Below are positions 1-7,026 of a stretch of 30,687 nt of DNA, in pieces. Position numbers and translations under genes: made by a program. The DNA comes from Acidimicrobiia bacterium. GTDB taxonomy: Bacteria; Actinomycetota; Acidimicrobiia; Acidimicrobiales; JANYDT01. Each line of letters starts with the position of its first letter. Position 1 is the stretch's first letter. The DNA is taken from NCBI GenBank assembly GCA_043719425.1, contig JAYSTV010000611.1, forward strand, positions 1-30,687. Direction: 5' to 3'. Below the pieces are notes generated by a model. It saw nothing but the letters and a program-made list of their open reading frames with translations, was not told where the DNA came from and made no database searches.

Positions 1-477
1 TGGGAACACTTCACCACCACCTGGGATGCTGCCCACGGCACCACCTCGCGCCTCGGCCAGAACAAGGCGCTCGTGCTTTCTCTCCACGCGCAACCCACCC
101 GTGAAGAAGCATGGAAGATCGGCGGGCCGGGCCACGACGAGTTCACGCGATTCCTCGCCCCCTATCATCGGTTCACCAACTACAAGGACGAGAACGGCGC
201 CAAGATGGCCGGTGGCGTTCGTCCCACGCTCCAACAGTCCTGCGATCAACAGATTCAGCTCGTCGACTCCGTCGAGAACTGCGCCGAGGCAATTCGTATG
301 TACGCAGATCGATTTGAGGTTGAACACTTCGTGTTCTTCCTTGACCTCGCCGGCCTCACGCGTAGCCAACTCAACGAGCAGATTCACATTCTCGGTGAAC
401 AGGTCCTACCCATGGCGGGCATCACTCTGGAACCCCTGGCCAAGCCGGAGCAATCAATCCCCTACCGTCCTTTCTGA
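1..477 (+). CDS. LLM-class (luciferase-like) flavin-dependent oxidoreductase, C-terminal part; 5' end lies outside the window
   Basis: Frame 1 is open from base 1 (WEHFTTTWDAAHG...) to TGA at 475-477. The ending 'VDSVENCAEAIRMYADRFEVEHFVFF...LNEQIHILGEQVLP' resembles the C-terminus of LLM proteins. Confidence 0.65.
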   Translation, partial: WEHFTTTWDAAHGTTSRLGQNKALVLSLHAQPTREEAWKIGGPGHDEFTRFLAPYHRFTNYKDENGAKMAGGVRPTLQQSCDQQIQLVDSVENCAEAIRMYADRFEVEHFVFFLDLAGLTRSQLNEQIHILGEQVLPMAGITLEPLAKPEQSIPYRPF

Positions 478-492
478 TCGGCGACCACGTTC

Positions 493-1806
493 ATGACGAA
501 CACGAGCGCCGACGCGCCTGACGGAAACCCGCGCTCGATTTCCTGGCTGCGCAATGCTGGCCTGGCCGACGGGCGGGTCGTCGACGTGGCCATCGATGCC
601 ACCTCGGGAACAATCGTCGCCGTCAACGAACCTCGGCGGGCGTGGCCTCGCGGCGCCGCGATCGGTGCGGTCATCGACCCCAACGGCGGCGCCTCGGTCA
701 CGACCGACATTGACCTCGAAGGTTGGCTCCTCCTCCCTGCTCCGGCCGAGCCGCACGCGCATCTCGACAAGGCGCTCACCGTTTCGGAGGTCCCGAATCC
801 GCGTGGCGACCTCTTGGGGGCGATCGAGGCATGGACGCAACTGGTGCCCAAACTCACCGTCGCCGATATGGCGGAGCGCGCCGAGCTCGCCGCGCTCGAA
901 CTTCTTGCGAACGGGGTTACTGCGGTGCGCACTCATGTCAACGTGCACGAAGGCGTTGAGACCAAGGCGGCCGAGGCCCTGCTCCTCGTGCGCGATCACA
1001 TCGGCCATCTCCTCGACATCGAAATCGTGGCGTTATGCGGTTGGGTCACCGGTCCGGATTCGGCGGTGTCTCGACAGCTCATTCGTGAGGTGCTGGCCAT
1101 GGATCCGTCGATGGTGGTGGGCGGATGTCCGCACCTCGACGTTGAGCCACTCGCGGCAAGTGACTTCGCCCTCGATCTGGCCATCGAGCAGGGCCGCAAG
1201 CTCGACCTCCATACCGACGAAACCCTCAACGGCGAACATCTCGAACTTCGCTACCTCGCTCGACGCGTGCAAGAAACCGGCTTCGACCTCGGGACCACCG
1301 CTAGCCATTGCGTGAGCCTCGGGGTGCAGCCGCTCGATGTGCAGCACGACGTGGCCGCCGAGGTGGCCGCCGCCGGCGTTCGAGTGATCACGCTTCCGCA
1401 AACGAACCTGTTCCTGCAGGGCCGTGACCATCCGGTCTCCACGCCTCGCGGACTCACCGCGCTTCGTCCGCTGCTGGCCGCCGGGGCCACGCTCGGGGCC
1501 GGCGGTGACAACGTTCGTGATCCGTTCAACTCGATGGGTCGGTCCGATCCGTTTGAGACGGCCGCGCTTCTCGTCATGGCCGGCCATCTTTTACCCGACG
1601 AGGCCTACGCCGCGGTGTCATCGGGCGCTCGCGTATCGATGGGTTTCGTCGCCGGACGAATCGACGTTGGTCAGCCCGCCGAACTACTCGCCGTTCCCGG
1701 CCACGATTTGACGTCGGTCATCGCCAAGGCCGATGCCCAGCGCATGGTGTGGCATCGCGGACGTTTGGTGTCGAGCACGAAAGTGGAGCGCAGCGTCCTG
1801 CGCTGA
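493..1806 (+). CDS. Amidohydrolase-superfamily deaminase, cytosine deaminase (CodA)-like; substrate uncertain
   Basis: Metal-ligand motifs EPHAHLDKA (HxH), DLHTDE, ASHCVSL and GGDNVRDPFNSMG match the CodA layout. Confidence 0.85.
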   Translation: MTNTSADAPDGNPRSISWLRNAGLADGRVVDVAIDATSGTIVAVNEPRRAWPRGAAIGAVIDPNGGASVTTDIDLEGWLLLPAPAEPHAHLDKALTVSEVPNPRGDLLGAIEAWTQLVPKLTVADMAERAELAALELLANGVTAVRTHVNVHEGVETKAAEALLLVRDHIGHLLDIEIVALCGWVTGPDSAVSRQLIREVLAMDPSMVVGGCPHLDVEPLAASDFALDLAIEQGRKLDLHTDETLNGEHLELRYLARRVQETGFDLGTTASHCVSLGVQPLDVQHDVAAEVAAAGVRVITLPQTNLFLQGRDHPVSTPRGLTALRPLLAAGATLGAGGDNVRDPFNSMGRSDPFETAALLVMAGHLLPDEAYAAVSSGARVSMGFVAGRIDVGQPAELLAVPGHDLTSVIAKADAQRMVWHRGRLVSSTKVERSVLR

Positions 1807-1815
1807 GCCACGACG

Positions 1816-3018
1816 TTGCGTGTTCGCTCCGGTGACAGACGGCTTCGCCCGCACGCCGCTTTGGGGGTCGTGGCCGTTGTGGCCGTTGTGGCCGTTGTGG
1901 CTTCGTGCACGGACGGCACGCGACCTTCGCCCGACGCCATCGTTACAACGACCTCGTCGTCGGTGGTTGCCGCCGCGTCGGTACCCAGACCGAGCCCGAG
2001 CGCACTCAAGGACGTTTGTCCTGATCCGATTGTGATTCAGCTCGATCGTCCCGTCGACGTGTGGTCGCTACCGCTTGTCGGCGTGACCGCAGTCGACGGA
2101 CGCACGGGTGCGGCGGCCTATCGCGGCGCCATGCTCGATCCGCTCAGCATCCTGCCGCTCGGTATCGACATCGAGATTCGTTCGGCCGCCACGATTGCCA
2201 ACGGCAGTGTGCTCGACGCCATGGCGCGGGACCCTCAGATACTCCTCGGCGCAGTGTCGACCGACGACCTGCTCAGCGCGAAAGACACCGTCCGCGCCGT
2301 GTTTGCACCGTGGGAACGCAACGATCTCGCCCTCACGTGGCCATCGACCCTCGGCCGGACGGCGGCCGAACTCCCGCCGGGCTCGAAGCCGGTCGCACCG
2401 CCCGCTGGTGTCACCCCTGACGTGGTTGAGTATCTCGACAAATCCGGTCTGTTCAAGGCCTCAAAGACCACGACGCCGACCACGCTTCGCCCCCTCGACG
2501 GTGCCGTCACGAGCACCATCGCCCCGCCGGCCAGTCCGGGTTGGGTGCAAATTCTGGCGAATCCGTTCGTCACCAAGAATCCCGCCCTCACCGTGCAACT
2601 CGTCGACGAACTCGGCTGGGAGCCGTATCCGTTCGTGTTCGCCGCCACCGACGACACGCGCATTCGCTACGAGCAGTGTCTCCGCGGACTCATCCCGGTA
2701 CTGCAGGGTGGAGCGGTGCGCGTCACTCGCCAGCCCGAACGTCTGTCCGGCAATCTCGGCGCCATCAGCGCCAAGCTCGGCACCCCGATCGACATCACGG
2801 CGACGGTGGCGTCGGCGCAGGTGGCCATCGAGAACGGCCTGATCGGCAACGGCAATGACGCCACCCTCGGCGATGTCGCCGCCGCCCGCCTCGCGCAGTA
2901 CACGCGAGCCCGCGCCGTGGCCAACGGAGAGACCGTCGACGAGTTCCCGGCGCTCGAACGCAAGCTCCGCGCCCGCATCGACGCCAAGTTCATCGACCCC
3001 CTCATCGGCCGCTCATAA
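1816..3018 (+). CDS. Lipoprotein, divergent ABC-type (NMT1/THI5- or nitrate/sulfonate-like) substrate-binding protein
   Basis: Basic n-region, hydrophobic h-region and lipobox VASC. Segments CPDPIVIQ, GIDIEIR, LLGAVSTDD, GLIGNG..TLGD and FIDPLIG resemble a recalled actinobacterial SBP family. Start codon (TTG) is uncertain. Confidence 0.6.
   Translation: MRVRSGDRRLRPHAALGVVAVVAVVAVVASCTDGTRPSPDAIVTTTSSSVVAAASVPRPSPSALKDVCPDPIVIQLDRPVDVWSLPLVGVTAVDGRTGAAAYRGAMLDPLSILPLGIDIEIRSAATIANGSVLDAMARDPQILLGAVSTDDLLSAKDTVRAVFAPWERNDLALTWPSTLGRTAAELPPGSKPVAPPAGVTPDVVEYLDKSGLFKASKTTTPTTLRPLDGAVTSTIAPPASPGWVQILANPFVTKNPALTVQLVDELGWEPYPFVFAATDDTRIRYEQCLRGLIPVLQGGAVRVTRQPERLSGNLGAISAKLGTPIDITATVASAQVAIENGLIGNGNDATLGDVAAARLAQYTRARAVANGETVDEFPALERKLRARIDAKFIDPLIGRS
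1870..1901 (+). repeat. In-frame 9-bp tandem repeat (GTGGCCGTT x3 plus GTGGC) in the signal peptide
   Basis: Exact copies at 1870, 1879 and 1888, and a partial copy at 1897; encodes VAV-VAV-VAV-VA. Confidence 0.9.
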
Positions 3019-3030
3019 GCGCACGTATGA
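3013..3030. promoter_or_regulatory. Putative TetR operator A (TCATAAGCGCACGTATGA) overlapping a -10-like TATGAT at 3026-3031
   Basis: 18-bp imperfect palindrome matching the ATAC-N6-GTAT core with one mismatch, upstream of the TetR gene. Confidence 0.5.
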
Positions 3031-3097
3031 TACGCGAAGTCGGCAGCTACTTCCGCGCTTCGCCCCGGTGAACCTGTCGGTTGCCGACGCCCGCTGT

Positions 3098-3115
3098 CCA
3101 CACCAACAGGTATGG
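3098..3115. promoter_or_regulatory. Putative TetR operator B (CCACACCAACAGGTATGG) overlapping a -10-like TATGGT at 3111-3116
   Basis: 18-bp imperfect palindrome with one mismatch to CCATAC-N6-GTATGG. TATGGT lies 7 nt before ATG 3124, which is a leaderless-type spacing. Confidence 0.6.
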
Positions 3116-3678
3116 TGACCTGGATGGACGCCCCTCGACGGTCCCGAGAAGACTGGATCACGGCCGGGCTCGCCGAGCTCGGTACCGTTGGTGTCGATCA
3201 GCTGCGGCTCGATCGCATCGCGTCCGACCTTGGAGTGACCAAGGGAAGCTTTTACTGGCACTTCGAAGACCGCGACGAACTTCTTGCCGCCATCGTCGAC
3301 GGCTGGGAGGCTCGATGTACCGAAGACGTGATCAGCGCGGTCGATCGATCCGGGCCGGACCCTCACGATCGAGCGACGCAACTCTGGCAACTCACTGCCG
3401 GCGCCCCGAACATCCAAGCCGAGCTCGCCATCCGCGACTGGGCTAGACGAAGCGAGACGATCGCATCGCAAGTCCAACGAGTTGACGACCGGCGGATGAC
3501 GTACGTTTCATCGCTGCTCGCCGATCTCGGAGTCCCACGACGCGAGCTTGCCGCCCGGTCGCTCCTCGCCTATTCCCTTCTCCTCGGCTACTACCTCATA
3601 GCGACCAGCCAACCGCACCGCAAACGGCGTCGAATCGCGGACGAGGCCTTGCGGTTGATCCTTTCCAGCTCGGCCTAA
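3112..3678 (+). CDS. TetR/AcrR family transcriptional regulator (alternative start ATG 3124)
   Basis: N-terminal HTH 'SREDWITAGLAEL...LRLDRIASDLGVTKGSFYWHFEDRDELL'; C-domain 'ELAIRDWARR...VQRVDDRRM'. Confidence 0.92.
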   Translation: MVTWMDAPRRSREDWITAGLAELGTVGVDQLRLDRIASDLGVTKGSFYWHFEDRDELLAAIVDGWEARCTEDVISAVDRSGPDPHDRATQLWQLTAGAPNIQAELAIRDWARRSETIASQVQRVDDRRMTYVSSLLADLGVPRRELAARSLLAYSLLLGYYLIATSQPHRKRRRIADEALRLILSSSA

Positions 3679-3716
3679 CGATCGGCTCGCCCAGTGGTCA
3701 TTGAAGAAATCCGCGA

Positions 3717-4121
3717 TTATCTGACCACCATCGATGCAGCCAAGAGACATGTTGCGACGATGAAGCAGTTTCGTGGCACGTGAAACCAATACAACTGTGC
3801 GAGGGCGATGTAGACGGCAGGAATCACCAACAGGCTGACGTTGAGCACCAAGGAGGACTCCAGATAGCTCGAGTTCTCGGTTGCGAGCGTGATGTAGAAC
3901 CCACCGAAGAACGCCATGCCCAGACTGTGGCTCAGATGAAAGCCCTTGATCCCTTTCCACATGTTGCCGGTCGTGGACATTCCACTCTTGCCGCTCTGTA
4001 GCTGAGCCAGAAGTGCGGCATCTCGCGGCTCGAACTTGGTAGTGAAGAGCATCAAGCCGGCGTGTCCGATACCAAGAACGACAAAGACCGAACAACCCAA
4101 GACATGCAACGTCGTGCTCAT
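3717..4121 (-). CDS. Small 4-TM membrane protein, LIC_13387-like, with several His residues in or near the TM segments
   Basis: 134 aa from ATG 4121 (MSTTLHVLG...), with four hydrophobic segments, GIGH and GFHLSHSLG. The start overlaps the upstream stop (ATGA). Family name is from recall only. Confidence 0.65.
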   Translation of the reverse strand: MSTTLHVLGCSVFVVLGIGHAGLMLFTTKFEPRDAALLAQLQSGKSGMSTTGNMWKGIKGFHLSHSLGMAFFGGFYITLATENSSYLESSLVLNVSLLVIPAVYIALAQLYWFHVPRNCFIVATCLLAASMVVR

Positions 4122-4639
4122 GATGTTCTGAACGCCTTCGAGGTCGATTCGATGCGCGATGCGCTTCGGGCTGCGATGGCCGCCGTCATGGGAATCAGCA
4201 TCCGGTACAGAGGTTTGACGAGCCAACTGGGGTACACCGGATGGCGTTCCTCGAACGCGACTCTGCCCCGAGTTTGCTCTTTCCCGAGCCTTCGGAGCGG
4301 TTCGATGGTGAAATCCAGACGAATCAGGTGCTTCATGCTCTTGTAGCCGTAGAGATCCGGCGCCACGAGACGAAACGGCACACCCGTCCAGCGCACTTCT
4401 CGAACCGACCAGGTCGTCACGCAATGAAAGTCCGCAACGATGTCGACCACACCGATGCGTTGGAGGTCCCCTTGGTCAAGGCTGACCAGGGTTTGATCAC
4501 CTTGGGTCACGGAGAGGATCGGATCCGTTGGTTGCGGCGGAGGGGGGAGGTGCGGGCGGTCTCCGAATCGTGGCATCGCTGTCAACAACCTCTGACCCGG
4601 CGGAAGCCCTTCTGCCTTGTGTGGCCAAACGATGTTCAT
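4118..4639 (-). CDS. Molybdopterin-dependent oxidoreductase (sulfite oxidase/MsrP-like Mo-binding domain) with an apparent in-frame internal deletion; possibly a pseudogene
   Basis: Motifs LPPGQR, PRFG, ADFHCVTTWS (Mo-ligand Cys), RLVAPDLYGYKSMKH and RGRVAFEERH. WTGVPF is joined directly to RLVAP. Alternative starts are ATG 4702 and 4708. Confidence 0.75.
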   Translation of the reverse strand: MNIVWPHKAEGLPPGQRLLTAMPRFGDRPHLPPPPQPTDPILSVTQGDQTLVSLDQGDLQRIGVVDIVADFHCVTTWSVREVRWTGVPFRLVAPDLYGYKSMKHLIRLDFTIEPLRRLGKEQTRGRVAFEERHPVYPSWLVKPLYRMLIPMTAAIAARSASRIESTSKAFRTS

Positions 4640-4698
4640 TGGTCGATCGCCACATCTTGAGCGATCCGCCGAAACCGCCGACCGATGAGGTGCCGTTT

Positions 4699-4716
4699 CC
4701 ATACTCATGGGTATGG
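4699..4716. promoter_or_regulatory. Putative TetR operator C (CCATACTCATGGGTATGG) over the predicted transcription start
   Basis: 8 of 9 positions pair. It lies immediately downstream of the minus-strand -10. Confidence 0.7.
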
Positions 4717-4745
4717 AGACTATTAGACCCAGCCCAGGGTGTCAA
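4717..4745 (-). promoter_or_regulatory. Housekeeping-sigma promoter TTGACA-N17-TAGTCT for the Mo-protein/membrane-protein operon
   Basis: Minus-strand TTGACA at 4745-4740, exactly 17 nt of spacer, then TAGTCT (TANNNT) at 4722-4717. Confidence 0.75.
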
Positions 4746-4760
4746 TACCGGCAGGTATTG
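4743..4760. promoter_or_regulatory. Putative TetR operator D (CAATACCGGCAGGTATTG) overlapping the -35
   Basis: Perfect 7-bp arms (CAATACC/GGTATTG) and the same ATAC-N6-GTAT core as site C. Confidence 0.7.
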
Positions 4761-4921
4761 TGAGAGGTGACATCGGCAAGACCCGGAGAAGCCCGAATAT
4801 CCGCAGGCGTAGCGGGTCTGCCGCGGGCCAGACGGCGGCGAGAATTCAGAGCGCCTAAGCGAGCGTTCCCGTCCCGCTCGCGGGGCCTTTCCTTGGGTCC
4901 GATGGGCCTGCTGGCAGTTCG

Positions 4922-4939
4922 GACGGAGTGGACTCCGTC
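4922..4939. promoter_or_regulatory. Palindrome GACGGAGT-GG-ACTCCGTC (operator or hairpin)
   Basis: Perfect 8-bp arms. The sequence is unrelated to the ATAC-N6-GTAT sites. Confidence 0.45.
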
Positions 4940-5029
4940 ATAGCGGGTGAATTCGGTCATCGATCAATCAGGAAGCTCTCGACAATCGCACTCGCTGATG
5001 TTGCGCTGCCGGCCGGGCAGGGGTGGGGA

Positions 5030-5179
5030 ATGGCGACCGACCCCAAGGACCTGCACGCCATCCCGAGCATCAGATCACACCGGCGACGTTCTCTGGCCGA
5101 AGCCTTCGGACGGGCACATCGCCAAGTCGCTCGTTTGACGACGCGCAGCTGGTTCTTGTACGTGTACCCAAGGTGGTGA
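5030..5179 (+). CDS. Possible small basic protein (49 aa, MATDPKDLHAIPSIRSHRRRSLAEAFGRAHRQVARLTTRSWFLYVYPRW)
   Basis: ATG preceded by G-rich GGGTGGGGA, in otherwise unassigned sequence. No family recognised. Confidence 0.3.
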   Translation: MATDPKDLHAIPSIRSHRRRSLAEAFGRAHRQVARLTTRSWFLYVYPRW

Positions 5180-5271
5180 CGCGCACACGGAACTCGGCAT
5201 CGAACATCGACGGTCTAGACATTTCAGGAATCCTCTCAGAAGGACTCCGGAATCAGGGGTGAGGTTCAAAC

Positions 5272-5361
5272 CTCCTCAGCCGAGCCAACAGCCGACCTGC
5301 CAGCATCCACAACGGCACCATCATCGACGCCGACGGCGAACTCAACCTCGGCCGCAGCAAA
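5272..5361 (+). pseudogene. Possible remnant of a DUF222/HNH-endonuclease (13E12-repeat-type) gene
   Basis: Frame 1 reads LLSRANSRPASIHNGTIIDADGELNLGRSK with coding-like codon usage. It resembles the 'G(E/Q)xL(N/D)LGRxxR' segment that precedes the HNH domain in DUF222 proteins. No start codon or HNH domain follows. Confidence 0.4.
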
Positions 5362-5394
5362 GCCGACGAGGGCCCGAATTCCTATGTGCGCGAA

Positions 5395-7026
5395 CTAACC
5401 GACCGACGCGGACACGGCGCGACGGGCACGCGCCGTGCGGCTATCCGACGCGAGAACGGCCGTCGCCGCATTGCGGCCCGACGCACCCCAGATGCCGGCG
5501 CCGGGGAACGTGGCCGCGCCCGTGAGGAAGAGGCCGTCGACGGGCGTTTCGTATCGTGACAGTTCGGGACTTCGGCCCAGCAGAGCGGTGAGCGGTGTGC
5601 CCGAGAACGCAGGGGCATGGCCGCGGACCATCGAGAACTCGCGCTCATATTCCTGCGGACCCATAAGACGGAAGTCGACGACATGATCGTGGAACGGTCG
5701 ACCATCGGCCATCGTGACCAACTCGGAGACTTTCGTGAGCCACCGTCGTGGTTCGTCGGTCGACTCCCAGCCACCGGCCAGCGCATACGGCGTCCAGAGA
5801 ATCTCCAGGCTGAACACGTGATGACCGGGCGGGAGACCGGCGGCCACCGTTGGGTCGAGGGCCGACGGCAGCTGCACGAAGAACTGCGGCCGTTCGGCGA
5901 TCCGACCCTGCAATTGCAAACGGTGATCGGCGGCGAGTTGGGCCAGCGAGGTGCTCACCACCATCGACGGATTGCTGACCTGCGCCGCCGTGAGACCGAG
6001 GGACCCGACCATGGCGTCGTCGACGGCGGGGATCGCATAGGGCGCGTCGATGACGGCGTCGATCTTGCCCTCGTAGCCATCGTGCACGGGCGCGTCGCGA
6101 TACTTGGCAATCAACGATGCCGCCGACGCCGGTGGATCGCGCAGCCACTCGACGAGGGCAAGCTTCGGATCGGTCGCCGCCACAACGATCGGCGCGCGCA
6201 GTACTTCACCACCGACCAACTCCACGCCGACAACGCCACCGCGCTCGCACAGGATGCGCGCCACTTTCGCGCCGGTGCGAACGACACCACCGGCGGCGGT
6301 GAACGACGACGCGATCGCCACCGGAAGCGCACCGCTACCCCCACGCGGACGACCGACCGGCGCGTGGTGTCGCATGGCGTAGCCGAGCGCACCGAGGCCG
6401 GTGCCGGGCGTTTCCGGTGAAAGACCCCACACCGACGGACCCGTCGAGACCACCGGCGTGCGGACCGCTTCGGCGGTGAAGTACGAACGCACGACATCGC
6501 CCACGCTCCGGCGGGACCACTGCAGAATCGTGGGCACCGCACGAGACGCAGAACGTGCCCGTCGGGCGAGACCGCCGACCACTGCGCCAGGGGTGGGCGT
6601 GTGCTGCGCGAGCTCAGTGATGGTGCGCACGACCGGCATGGCGGCGCGCAGGTAACGCTCATAGCCAGCCACCTCGCCGGGATAGGAAAGCCGGAGCGAT
6701 TCGAGGGTGGCCGCCTGATCGTGGAAGAGGAACCACGCCGGCCCGCCGTCCCAATGCACGTTGAGATAGGCCGGCTCCACGTTGAGGTACTCGAGACCGT
6801 GACGGCCGAGATCAAGCTCGTCGGGGATCGACGTGGTGCGCACCATGGCGTGGTCGCAGTTGCAGATGTTGACGAGCGCACCACCGAGCGCGTGATCGGT
6901 GCCCGAGCAGCCACCGATGGTGGCCCGAGCTTCGAGTACGACCGTGGAAATCCCGGCGCGCTGCAGATACGCCGCGCAGATCAGTCCGTTATGCCCTGCT
7001 CCGACGACGATTGCTCCTGCATCCAT
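5395..7026 (-). CDS. FAD-dependent oxidoreductase, phytoene dehydrogenase-like (PYROXD2-type)
   Basis: N-terminal Rossmann motif IVVGAGHNGLICAAYL..G..VLEAR..IGG; GRPRGGSGAL; C-terminal TPVDGLFLTGAATFPGAGIWGASGRNAA. Confidence 0.88.
   Translation of the reverse strand: MDAGAIVVGAGHNGLICAAYLQRAGISTVVLEARATIGGCSGTDHALGGALVNICNCDHAMVRTTSIPDELDLGRHGLEYLNVEPAYLNVHWDGGPAWFLFHDQAATLESLRLSYPGEVAGYERYLRAAMPVVRTITELAQHTPTPGAVVGGLARRARSASRAVPTILQWSRRSVGDVVRSYFTAEAVRTPVVSTGPSVWGLSPETPGTGLGALGYAMRHHAPVGRPRGGSGALPVAIASSFTAAGGVVRTGAKVARILCERGGVVGVELVGGEVLRAPIVVAATDPKLALVEWLRDPPASAASLIAKYRDAPVHDGYEGKIDAVIDAPYAIPAVDDAMVGSLGLTAAQVSNPSMVVSTSLAQLAADHRLQLQGRIAERPQFFVQLPSALDPTVAAGLPPGHHVFSLEILWTPYALAGGWESTDEPRRWLTKVSELVTMADGRPFHDHVVDFRLMGPQEYEREFSMVRGHAPAFSGTPLTALLGRSPELSRYETPVDGLFLTGAATFPGAGIWGASGRNAATAVLASDSRTARARRAVSASVG

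Noticed and set aside
4790-4920. Possible Moco/Wco riboswitch near the molybdopterin-domain gene (a CCTAAG word and hairpins)
   Set aside because: The resemblance is on the plus strand, opposite to the gene, and lies upstream of that gene's own promoter, so it would not be in its transcript. The characteristic 3' elements are not recognisable.
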